A stretch of DNA of 64,000 nt from the NCBI GenBank assembly GCA_946965045.2, contig OX337228.1, forward strand, positions 124,001 to 188,000, read 5' to 3'. The stretch is from Epithemia pelagica (taxonomy: Eukaryota > Protista > Bacillariophyta). This document shows, in pieces, positions 1 to 10,950 of this stretch; the first letter of the stretch is position 1, and every line of letters begins with the position of its first letter. The position numbers and the translations under genes are program-made. The notes beneath the pieces are model-generated. The model did no database searches. It worked only from the letters and a program-made list of their open reading frames with translations, and had not been told where the DNA came from.

Positions 1-147
1 CTTGTCCGGAACCATGACTCCAAGAGTTTGCGTTTTTCGGAGGCTTGCCAGCCCATCCACGGAGGATGATCTTTCTCGTCCATCCAGCACGACAAGGTTG
101 TTGTCAACCAGAGTTGCTCGGTAATTGAAAATAGTTGAAAAGGTCAT
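1..147 (-). CDS. possible 5' part of a CDS running off the left edge (MTFSTIFNYRATLVDNN...)
   Basis: ATG at 147 followed by 49 open codons to position 1; divergent from the 301..744 ORF. No recognisable motif. Confidence 0.3.
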   Translation of the reverse strand, partial: MTFSTIFNYRATLVDNNLVVLDGRERSSSVDGLASLRKTQTLGVMVPDK

Positions 148-300
148 TGCGAACAAACTTTTTTCCGCCGCGCGGCGTGGTTCGACGAGGTTCCTCACGC
201 GGCAGTGCGTCGCTTCGCATTTCCAGTCTCGACCTGTGTCACACAGTCCATCACTTGACACACATACTACCATCCCACAGCAGTCCACCACCATCACACC

Positions 301-744
301 ATGGGCTGCGCTCCCTCCAAACTCCCTCCCGAAGGACACCAGCTCCTCGCCCACGACACACACGTGACAATCAAAGAACCAGTGTGGGTCCGCTTGACCT
401 TTCGCCACCTCCGCACCCCCCACAAGCGTGCCAACTACTTGTTCCTGCGGACCAAGGGGTCGCTGGCCATTTCCAATCAACGCATCCTGGGCTACATTCG
501 GAACAAACGCGGACGAATGGAACGACAAGTGAATGTGGCCTTGGATGACACGGCCACCAGCACCCGAAGCATACAGTTTGCCGTCAATGAAAAAGGCCAG
601 TTTGTCGTGCACGCGGATTTGGCCGTGACCCAGCCAGGCGGAAGATACGCGGGGACCATGGAATTGGTCTATTGCCTCCCCGAGTCGGCGAGTACGACCG
701 TTCTCAGCCTTCTGCCCCCCGTACTCCTCCGTAGTCCTCGGTAG
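301..744 (+). CDS. small hypothetical protein with predicted N-myristoylation/palmitoylation (MGCAPS), beta-rich
   Basis: 147-aa ATG ORF; N-terminus MGCxxS fits the dual-acylation consensus; alternating hydrophobic pattern typical of beta-strands. Confidence 0.65.
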   Translation: MGCAPSKLPPEGHQLLAHDTHVTIKEPVWVRLTFRHLRTPHKRANYLFLRTKGSLAISNQRILGYIRNKRGRMERQVNVALDDTATSTRSIQFAVNEKGQFVVHADLAVTQPGGRYAGTMELVYCLPESASTTVLSLLPPVLLRSPR

Positions 745-1314
745 TCCTTATACCGACCTACCGGGAAGTATGTGCTAAAAACCCACCAGTTTATCTTCTT
801 TTAGAAAACCAGCAACATATCTATCATTTGTTTGTATAAGATCCGAGAACCTTAGGTTATCTTATGACTACTAGTAGAAATCTATAGCCATTTCCCGTCG
901 CTACCATTCATTAGTTTTGCCGTCTTTTCTTCGACCAAAAATTCTTTATCGTTTCGACTTCCCACCGACACAACATTCCATATAGTCGCTGTGAATATAT
1001 ACGTCTATTAACCGCTAGGTACTCCTCAATACCCGGGGTAATCCATGTTTTCCAGGATTTCTATGAATTAGTCTCGACTCGCGCGCGCGCCATTTCCATG
1101 CTCGGTCCACCTCGGGAGTTCATTAATGCCGCTCACTCATTTTTCCCTCGAAATATTGTAATATTACATTGTCTCTCGATTCTCCATGGCGCAATCGCAG
1201 TCTGGTTCGTTTCCATCCTGTAACTGAGAGCAAGACTGTGACCTACACACACAAGACTCTTCTTGCAAGGTTTCTTTGTATTCGCAGACCAAGGAGGAAA
1301 CACCATACCAAGGA

Positions 1315-4300
1315 ATGTCTCGTGTGCCGGCAACATCCCTGGAGGCCCCCACTCATCATGCCATGGAGGTGGAGACGTTGGAGTCTAGTTTGGCCGCCCC
1401 CAAGAAGATCCTCACCCAACAAGAACAACAACCACAAGAGTCAAACCCAATCGTTTCGAGCGACGAAGCATCTCCCGTCGCAACGACCAGGGTACGTCCT
1501 GTGAGGGCCGAGGATGATCATGAGCATGAGGAAATGAAGGACCCTGGTCCAGCGAACGACACACACCAAAGAACAACAACAGAAGAGACGCCCACGTCAC
1601 TAAACAATGTGTGGGAAGCACTCGAGTCTCTCGATTCGGAAGGATGCGCTTGCACAGGAGGTTTAGCGACAGAGTTGCCCTTTTTACCAGGACTGGTGGT
1701 GGAAAGAGTCGGACAAGTCCAGGTACCAATGGATCCCGACACGGCCACCAAACTCCAAACAGGGCAACAACTACAACAACCACAACAATCGGTTCGGGAC
1801 AAGTCGGACCGTATGCTTCAAACGGTGGGTGACATTTTGGTTCCCAAAGACCACCAAGACAACTGTAACGTGGGTAATGGCACAATTCAAGTGGATGCCG
1901 ATAAGATCACATTGACGAATCCAGCCTGGTGTGCTGGTTTGAACGAGCTGACAAAAAGGGTATGCACCGATCTGGGTGTCAATCCTGACATGGTACAGTG
2001 TGAATTGGACCAGCTCTGGCTGCGTCAAGCCGGAGACGGTTCGAAACAGTATTGCAATACCGATGGAAGGTTTGCCACGTTGGTGATACAATTACCCAGT
2101 CGCTTTACTGGAGGCTCCTTTGTTGTGACTCACAAGGGCACTACCCAAACAGTTTCCCTGCAACATGCCGATACCTCTCCCTATCAATGTCGCTACGTGG
2201 CATACTACGCGGATTGTGAGCATGAGATTCGACCCATTGAGTCGGGTCATCAACTCGCTCTCGTGTATTCGCTCTGTTTTACCGGCAGCCAAGATTCGAA
2301 ACCGTCCCTGGCCAATGTCCAAGACGGTTCGTTCCGGTCGATCATGGAGAAATTGGACAAGAGTCAATCTCTCTTTGCTCTTCCCATGGATCATCGTTAC
2401 AGTTCGGTTTCATTGGCACAAGAAGGAATCAATGCCCTCCAGGGCAAGGATCGATGGGTAGCGCGGACGATTGCTCGAGTAAAGGGATGGGAACTACTCA
2501 TGGCCAAGATCAAGGGATGGGACATTCAGGAGAAGGACCACACAAAAATTTGCTGGGAAGAACTTTTCCACCAAGATGGAAAAAAGGCGAACGCGCATCA
2601 ATCCTGGCTCGACAAGGAACTCAACGTTGATTCGATCCAAAAGGGAGGCAATATATTGGCAGACGAACAGGGTGCCAAGGAAATGTGGAAGCTCGTAGAT
2701 TCGACCTACCACAAACAGTATCGTTCGTGTATTTTGATCGCCTTTTCTACGGCTACAGTCTTTGAGAGAGTCTGCCGTTCTGATTTCTCCAAAGCCTGTG
2801 AGGAAGTTCAAAAGAATCCGGCCCGTCTGGACAATGCCTTGGAGTTCATGACGAAATCCATACCAATTGTTCAATCTAAGGATTTTGTCATCCTCCACTC
2901 GTTCATTCAAGGCAAGAGCTTGTTTTGGTCGTCACTGAAGGCCATGATGCAGGGTCTGTCCAAATGCAAACAAGTTCCATCGTCGAATGTGATTTCTATT
3001 CTTGCCTTATTGATACAAGAACATGGATGGAACGACGAGAAGATGACTCCTATCCGTCTCTTTCTGGAGCAGCTTGCTTATATTGACAGCGAAGCGGGTT
3101 GCATGGAACTCTTGACCTTGATGGAGCATTTTTTGACAATCAAGAAAGTGCTACAGGACGACAAGGCTATCATGGACACTTTGGTGGAAAAGACGATTGA
3201 TAATTTTGCCAAGGGCACTGGAACCACGGATTCAAGCTTGCGCTATAGTGACATTGCTCCCAGGAACAGAGGCGAGATTTACAAGCGAATTGAAACACTT
3301 TCACAATCCCATGGATACGCAAACATTTCATCTGCTGCCAAGGCATGCTTGGACAGGATCCAAAAGATGAACAAAAGGGAGAAGCTGCTTCCGGCTTTGG
3401 AGGATCAGATTGCAGCTGTAGAATCCATTTATAACAAGATCCCTGCCGCGAAACTTGATACCTGTCTGGAAGTTTCGATCCTGGATACCTTTGCCCACTT
3501 GCTCAAGGACTACGGTGGTTACAGAATCAGTTTCTCAAAGGAGTTTCCCACCATTCACGCGTTTCTTAAGAGCACTCTTCTTACTGGGGATCTTTCAACG
3601 CTATTTTGGATGAGATGCGGTCGAAAATGAAACTCCCATCAACTCGCTTTTCTTCCATCTTGGCTTCCGTGATACAGGAACATGGATGGGACGACGAAAA
3701 AGCTGCTCCAGTCCGGCTCTATTTGGAACAGCTTCCTGACAAGGGAAAAAATAGCGATTGTTTTCAATTTATGGTGTTGATGAAGGACCTTTTTGCACTC
3801 AAGAAACCTTTGGAACAGACGGCACCAATTGACTCCCTGATACAAAAGGCCATCCGAAATTTCGACGAAGCAGAGGGAAAAGACGATCTAATGCTCCCCA
3901 TCACATCTACATTTAAAACAAGCCGTAAAAGTGATTTATGAAATGCTTGAAAAGCTTGGAAAGTCGCACGGATGGGATGGTGTATCATGTATTGCCAAGG
4001 CAATCTTTTTCCGAATCCAAAGATTGAATAAGGAGGAGGCATCCTGCTGGAGAGGCCGAGAGGAGAGACACTTGGTTGAGACTTTGGTCGAACAGATTGA
4101 AGCGTTGAAATCGTTTCACGCAAATATTCCGCCTGTTGATTGCGGTAAACTTTTGGAAGAATCGATTTTGGATGCATTTGCCGACGTGGTGGAAAACTAT
4201 AGTGCTGACAAAATCACTTCCTCGGACCACTTTCTAACCCTGCACTCTTTTTTCAAGGACAACTCCAAGTATGGGATTTTATTCAAGAAGATTCTAGAAG

Positions 4301-5610
4301 GGATGTTGTCTGAATCGAAACTCCCACCCGCGCCCCTTATATCCATCTTAGCATCCATGATCAAGGACTCTGGATGGAACGATGAGAAGGTGGCTCCGTT
4401 CCGTCTGCTTCTTGAACGGCTTGGTGAAACGGGGAAGAAAGTAAATTGCATTGACCTCTTGACCTTGATCGAGGTTTTTCTATCAATCAGGAAAGCTTTT
4501 GAGGACAAGTCTCGAATCGATTCCCTGATAGAAAAGGCTCTCCGTACTTTCGATACGGCAACAGGAGAATGTATTCCGTCGTATGACTCCGATGACTCAT
4601 ACGACTCCGACGATTACGAGTCCGAGGATTCATTCTGTCCATACGCATATCGACAAAAGAAGTCCAAGGCGTACTCCAACGAAGATGCAAGAGAGATTTA
4701 CGATCATCTTGAAAGGCTTGCGGAATCACAAACATGGGAGAGTATATCATGTGCTGTCAAGTCGTGCTTTGCCCGAATTCGAAATGTCAAGAAAAGAATG
4801 AATTTGAAATGTTTGGTCAAGCAGATTCGAGCGCTGGAATCAATTGCTAAGATCGTCCCCAGCATGGAGGTGGACAGTCTACGAGAACCCGTTCTCAAGG
4901 AGTTTGTGAGCTTTCTCACCGGTAAGAATGGTTGGTGGAAAGACTCGGAGCTTGAACGTATGCTAAAGAATCTCGCCATTTACGGAACTCCCGAAATGTT
5001 TCGAGATGTGGAAAGCTGGGCATCCGCGGACACCTCCTCAAGTCTTGCGAAAGTGGACTCTGTATTCCAAAAGCTCACTTCTACCAGTATCAACGCTAGG
5101 TACATGAAGGCCAAAGACAAATGTATCGCTCATGTACATAAATGTGTTCGCAACCAAAAAGTTGATGAGCTTATATGTGAAGAGGAGCGTCTGATCCGGG
5201 AGACTTCAGACGGTCCTCCAGAGTTTTCTTGGAGCAGACCATTTGCCGAAACAGGACATAAAGGGTTGGATGCTTTTCTTCAAAGCGATCGACCCGGTTC
5301 TTATGAAATTCGCGTGGGAGGGGGAAAAGACAACGCCAAGAGTGTTGTGCGAAATGGCACAATCATATCCCACGGTGATGCCGAAGACATTCAAGTGGAA
5401 ATCAAGGCTAGTAACAAGACGGGGAAGAATGCGTCCGTGATTGTGACCAAAATTGAGGAGACAGATCGCACCGAAATGGAGAACTCCTACCAAGATAATA
5501 TTCGAGAGCTTGCCGAAGTGCGTGCCAAACTGGAACAATTGGGCCATCGGAAACGTCCAACGGGACAAAAAGAGCGTCCGAAGAAACGCGCCAAAGTAGG
5601 AAGAAAGTGA
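1315..5610 (+). pseudogene. 2OG-Fe(II) dioxygenase-like/helical-repeat paralog 1, frameshifted and catalytically degenerate
   Basis: ORF pieces 1276-3630, 3606-3941 and 3931-5610 align collinearly with paralogs 2 and 3. 1-bp deletion at ~3572 (aag ag- cac vs aag aat cac) and 1-bp insertion in the A4 run at 3927-3930. HRD is replaced (KQYCNTDG). Three GWxDxK units and C-terminal KKRAK. Confidence 0.85.
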
Positions 5611-5978
5611 TCTTGAGTGATAACTGATACATAAAGTCTGATATTCGACGACATGGTTAGCCTCTTTCGGAGCTCTTCAGTGACCTCTGTTGTCTTTCGA
5701 TCCGAGATATTTTTGTTGTGAGTCAATGTGCTGTTGTAACGTCAAGAGATGTCCCCCCGCGTGCGCGCCATTTGCGCTACCTCCACGCGCAAAATCCACG
5801 CCAACAATCCGACTCGGGATTGGAATCGGATGCGTGTTTTCCCTCTTGACCATGGCGAACTCACTGTCTGTTTCCTCTCAATCCTTTTCCTCAACACTGT
5901 GGCCTTCCCTTTGTTGAGTAGCAAGTTCAAGGTTTCACATCTGTGAAGGGGTTGATTTCAAAACAGTAAGAAGACACC

Positions 5979-8900
5979 ATGTCGTCCCCTGTTGTACCAT
6001 TGGCGGCAAATGACAGCGCCCCCAAACCAATGGATACGAGTATGGACGTAGAGAATTCGGCAGCCAGGATCCTCCAAGAAGAAGATTCCAACCCAATCAT
6101 ATCGAGCGATGCGGTATCTCCGGTCACTGTGGCACAGGTGCATCCTGTAATGGCAGAGGATGATGAGAAAATGGCGGAGGACCATGAACAAGCGGTCGAC
6201 CATGAAACACGTGATGAGACGACCACGCCATCGTCCCTCAATGATGTGTATCAGGCTCTGGGTTCCCTCGACTCGGAAGGATGCGCTTGCACAGGAGGTT
6301 TAGCTACAGAGTTGCCATCCATGCCCGGGTTGGTTGTAGAGGGAGTGGGAAAAGTCAAGCTACCGATTGATCCAGAAATTGCTTCCAAACTCCAATCCGT
6401 ATCCAGTGGCCTATGCTATCAAGAAGTGGGTGACATTTTGGTTCCAGTCGAGGCTACTGACGCTGACATGACTCAAATCGATGCCAAAAAAGTAACCGTT
6501 ACGAATCCTACCTGGTCGACAGGAATTAGAGCCCTGACGAAAAGGGTTTGTACTGCTCTCGGGGTCGACCCGGATCTAGTGCGAATGGAGCTATCCAATC
6601 TCTTGTTGAATCAAGAGAGCGACTGTTCGAAAAAGCATCGAGATTTGAAAAAGATGGATGGAAAGTTTGCATCCCTGATGGTACAACTACCAAGCCACTT
6701 TACGGGAGGGTCCTTTGGAGTGACTTACAATGGCAACACCAAGACGTTTTCCATGCAAGATCCGGAAACATGTCCATTTAGCTGCCAATTTGTGGCACAT
6801 TATGCCGATTGTGAGCATGCGATTTTGCCCATTGAGTCGGGCCATCAGCTCGTGCTTGTTTATTCTCTCTGTTATATTGGTAGCGAATCTTCCAAACCGT
6901 CCCTGACCAATGTCAAAGAAGGTTCATTGGGGTCGGTGATGCAGAAATTGGACCAGGGTCAATCTCTTTTCGCCATCCCCATTGATCACCAGTATGAATC
7001 TATGGCACTGGCACAACATGGAGTCGATGCTCTAAAGGGCAAGGATCGATGTCTGGCTCGGACGATTGTTCGAGCAGAGGGGTGGGACATTGTGATTGTT
7101 AAGGCCGATGGATTGGACATGAATTCCAACTTTCCTGGGATGATTTTCTTTAGAGAACTATTTGACCCAAATGGAAGAGATGCAAAATCTCATCAAAAAT
7201 GGCTAGAAAAGGAACTTAGCTTTTGGTTGCTGAAGAAGGGAGGCAGCGTGTTGGCCAATGAGGATGAAGCCAAGGCTATGTGTGAAGTCGAAGACTCGAC
7301 GGATCCGACCCACTATTCATATCGTACGTGCATTTTGATCGCCTTTTCCACACATGCGGTCTTTGAGCAAGTTTGTCGCTCCGATTTCTCCAAGGCAGTG
7401 GAAGAAGTTCAAAAGAATCCAAACCTTTTTGACCGTGTATTGGAGTTCATGAAAACGTCAAAGCCAATCCTGTACTCCAAGAATTTTCTCATCCTCTACT
7501 CTTTGATGGAAGGAAAGAGCATGTTTTGGTCATCATTGGATGCAATGATGGAGGGACTGTCAAAAAATAAACGAGAAGTACCATCCTTCCAAGTAATTTC
7601 CATCCTTGCCACCTTGATAAAGGAAAATGGGTGGAACGACGAGAAGATAGCTCCTATACGTTTTTATCTCGAAGAGGTTACAGAACCTTCAAGAATGAAT
7701 GATTGCATGGACCTCTTGACATTGATAGAGCACTTTCTCACCATCAAGAAAGTGGTACATAATGAGAAGACAGTACTGGAAACGTTGATCGAACAGACAG
7801 TTCACAATTTTGACAAGAGATCAAGATATTCGGTTGATGGTTCAATCTCTCCTTCACGTAGAGGCGAGATTTACAAGCGTCTTGAATCACTGGCCCTATG
7901 CCATGGATACGCAAGCATTTCATCTGCTGCCAAGGCATGCTTTGTTCGAATCCGTGAGGTCGACAACATGAAGACGTGGAACTACCTACCTTGGGCGATT
8001 GAAACGGAGACGCTGCTGCCGACTTTGGTCGAGCAAATGGAAGCTGTAGAATCCATGCATACCAATGTCGCTGGCGCTAAACTGGATACCAGTCTAGAGG
8101 AATCGATACTCGATGCCTTTTCCGGTATGGTGAAGCACGACTTATTTTGCCGAATCAGTTTTTCAAAGGAGCTTCCTACCATTCACGCTTTTCTGAAGAA
8201 TCACTCCTCCTATTGGTCAACCTTCAACGCTATGTTGCAAGAAAGCAAGTGGAAATGGAAACTCCCATGCTCGTCGTTCACTTCCATACTAGCTTCCGTT
8301 ATACAGGAACATGGATGGGACGACGAAAAGATGGGTTCAGTCCGGCTTGTTTTGGAACAGCTTCCTGACATCGCACAAAAATGCGATTGCATTGAATTCT
8401 TGGAGTTGATTGAGCGACTGCTGTTATTAAAGACAACTCTGGGAGATAAGGCACCGATTGATTCCCTGATAGAACGGACCATCGAAAATTTTGACATGGA
8501 CGATTTTGACATGGACGATGCTGAGGAGGGAAGAGGTGGAGCGTCAAGTAAAACCAGAAAGGCCATTTATAGTTTGATTGAAAGGCGAGTCAAGGTACAT
8601 GGATGGGAGCGTCTAGCTGCTGCTGTCGACTCCTGCGTTGTCAGAACCCACAAACTTGTTCCTTGCGATGAGGATGCGTGGCTTGAGATCTTTCTGGAGC
8701 AGATTGATTGGGTGAAATCACTTCGTGCCAATAAACGTCTCGAGACATCCATTGTGGATTCGTTGGAGGGAGTTGTCCACAGAGAGATTTTGGATTCGTT
8801 GGAGGGAGTGACGTGGAACTACAGTCAGACGAAACTTACTTCCTCAGATCGCTTCACCACCCTTCACTCATATTTCAAGCACGACATCACTTACTGGAAT

Positions 8901-10136
8901 TTTTTCGAGGAAATTCTCGAAAGGTTGGATAATGAATCCAAACCACCGCCTTGTAATCTCACATCGATCTTAGCATCCACCATACAGGAACGCGGGTGGC
9001 TCGATTACAAGGTGGCTCCGATCCGTCAATTTCTGGAACAACTTGCTGAAAAAGGAAGCAACGTCAATTGTATTGATTTCTTGACCTTTCTCGGGGTCTT
9101 GTTCTCGCTCAGGAAATTGCTGGAGCTCCGGGCGCCAATTCAGTCTCTGATTGGAGATATGATCTGTAATTTCGAATGGCAAACAGAACAAGGACAATTG
9201 CCCCGAATGTACTTCACGAATGAAAATCCAAAACAGATTTACAAGCGGCTTGAAACGCTGGGGGGATCTGACGCTCGCGATATATCACGTGTCATAAATG
9301 CATGCTTTGTCCGAATTCGTAAAATCAACGAAAGGAAAACCATTTTTGAGCATATGAACGACCAGATTAAAGCGATTGAGTCAATTGCTACTCATGTTGC
9401 GGACATAGAGACAGACTATCTTCGAGAACCTATATTCAGAGGGTTTGTGAGTTCTCTCACGAGCGGTGGTTTTGGGGAGGCCTCCGAAATTCAAAGAATG
9501 TTAGAGAAACTGGTCATGCACGGCACCGCTGAGATGTTTGGAGATGTGAAAACCTGGGCAAGCACAGCCTCGTCCTCAAGGCTAAGGGTACTCGACTCGG
9601 CATTCCAAAAGCTGTCGTCTACGAGTCACAACGTGTCGAATGCAGATGTCATTGAAGAGTGTATAACGTATGTGCGTACTCGGGCCCGCCAACAGAAAGT
9701 TACTAAGTTGAAAAATCAAGAGAGACAGCTGATTTCTTTGACTGAAGATGGCCCTCCAGTGTTTTCTTGGAGAATACCTAGCGCGAACACAGGCAACGAT
9801 AGTTTGGACGCTTTTCTCCAAAGCTCTCGACCAGGTCCTTTAACAATATGTGTGGGAGGAGGAATAGGCCATGCCAGGAGTGTGGCACGTAATGGCTCAA
9901 TCATGTCCCAAGACTATGCCGACGAGATTGGTGTGTATCTATTTGAAAGTCAGGAGAGAGGCAACCGCGCATCTGTAATGGTGTTCAAAACAAAGAGACT
10001 GCACGATACCCAGCTTGCGAGATACGAGTCGAATGTTGAAAAGCTTGCCAACGTGTGCGCTCAACTGGAAAGACTGGGTCGTCGTCCCCGTGAGCGAGCG
10101 GAAGAAGAGCCTCCCACGAAACGTTCTAAAGTATAG
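5979..10136 (+). CDS. 2OG-Fe(II) dioxygenase-like/helical-repeat paralog 2 (1385 aa), partly degenerate active site
   Basis: KKHRD...QLPSHFTGG...HYADCEH...SGHQLVLVYSL: HxD and distal H are kept, the 2OG-binding Arg is Gln. Three helical units; FSW...DAFL...VGGG...A(S)V C-terminal domain; PPTKRSK NLS. Confidence 0.9.
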   Translation: MSSPVVPLAANDSAPKPMDTSMDVENSAARILQEEDSNPIISSDAVSPVTVAQVHPVMAEDDEKMAEDHEQAVDHETRDETTTPSSLNDVYQALGSLDSEGCACTGGLATELPSMPGLVVEGVGKVKLPIDPEIASKLQSVSSGLCYQEVGDILVPVEATDADMTQIDAKKVTVTNPTWSTGIRALTKRVCTALGVDPDLVRMELSNLLLNQESDCSKKHRDLKKMDGKFASLMVQLPSHFTGGSFGVTYNGNTKTFSMQDPETCPFSCQFVAHYADCEHAILPIESGHQLVLVYSLCYIGSESSKPSLTNVKEGSLGSVMQKLDQGQSLFAIPIDHQYESMALAQHGVDALKGKDRCLARTIVRAEGWDIVIVKADGLDMNSNFPGMIFFRELFDPNGRDAKSHQKWLEKELSFWLLKKGGSVLANEDEAKAMCEVEDSTDPTHYSYRTCILIAFSTHAVFEQVCRSDFSKAVEEVQKNPNLFDRVLEFMKTSKPILYSKNFLILYSLMEGKSMFWSSLDAMMEGLSKNKREVPSFQVISILATLIKENGWNDEKIAPIRFYLEEVTEPSRMNDCMDLLTLIEHFLTIKKVVHNEKTVLETLIEQTVHNFDKRSRYSVDGSISPSRRGEIYKRLESLALCHGYASISSAAKACFVRIREVDNMKTWNYLPWAIETETLLPTLVEQMEAVESMHTNVAGAKLDTSLEESILDAFSGMVKHDLFCRISFSKELPTIHAFLKNHSSYWSTFNAMLQESKWKWKLPCSSFTSILASVIQEHGWDDEKMGSVRLVLEQLPDIAQKCDCIEFLELIERLLLLKTTLGDKAPIDSLIERTIENFDMDDFDMDDAEEGRGGASSKTRKAIYSLIERRVKVHGWERLAAAVDSCVVRTHKLVPCDEDAWLEIFLEQIDWVKSLRANKRLETSIVDSLEGVVHREILDSLEGVTWNYSQTKLTSSDRFTTLHSYFKHDITYWNFFEEILERLDNESKPPPCNLTSILASTIQERGWLDYKVAPIRQFLEQLAEKGSNVNCIDFLTFLGVLFSLRKLLELRAPIQSLIGDMICNFEWQTEQGQLPRMYFTNENPKQIYKRLETLGGSDARDISRVINACFVRIRKINERKTIFEHMNDQIKAIESIATHVADIETDYLREPIFRGFVSSLTSGGFGEASEIQRMLEKLVMHGTAEMFGDVKTWASTASSSRLRVLDSAFQKLSSTSHNVSNADVIEECITYVRTRARQQKVTKLKNQERQLISLTEDGPPVFSWRIPSANTGNDSLDAFLQSSRPGPLTICVGGGIGHARSVARNGSIMSQDYADEIGVYLFESQERGNRASVMVFKTKRLHDTQLARYESNVEKLANVCAQLERLGRRPRERAEEEPPTKRSKV

Positions 10137-10950
10137 GATATATGACAGAAGCGATTGTGATTGATGAATGATCTCGATGTGGCACATTGGGAGCTATGGC
10201 AGAAGCAATTGCGCTTGATAAATGATAGATAGTGTTATGTTCCATGACATGCCTCACGGTATTCGGACGAGTTACTAATCCATGACTTTAGCTCCTTGAG
10301 CGTGAGATTTTCTCGAAGGATGCAATCCCACTTTCACGTTCAGCTTGTGGGGCGCATTCCTGTCCTTTTGACCTCGGACTTGTGTTGGTAAACTGCCTCT
10401 ATCGTGTTTTGTTTGCCGACTTGACATTTGATTTGTTGGAGGTGAGGGGATGGAGGAGGGGGACGACTACCATTTTGTCAGGCATGTCCCGGTGTGATAC
10501 GACACATACTGCTACTCCTACTCCTAGTGGGTAGTATTAGGGAGAGCACATAGCTCGAATTCCTGCCCAATGCGTCCGGCTTTTAATTTTTGAACAATTT
10601 TTCCGAAAAATTCGAAAATCGTTTTCTTTTCTTCTCTAGACTAAGGAGATGGGCAGTCGCACTTTTACAGCTTTCTCCCGACTTAGGCGGGACTCATCCT
10701 GCTTGGAGTCGCGTTGCGTGAGCGCGCCAAGTTTAAGCCGATCACACCCGTCGGCCGTCGGGCCACCTCGGGGACGGATTGCCACACATCTCTTCGTCGA
10801 ACACCTTGTTTGCAAATTTCAACAACAAGACCTTTCGGCGTTTCGCTGTCTTCTCTTGATTGTGACCTTCTCTACTCTGTTCAGCAATTTCAAGAATTGT
10901 CTCTTCGCTTATTGAGAGGGAATCGAAAGAGCTAAGAACAAGACGACGAC

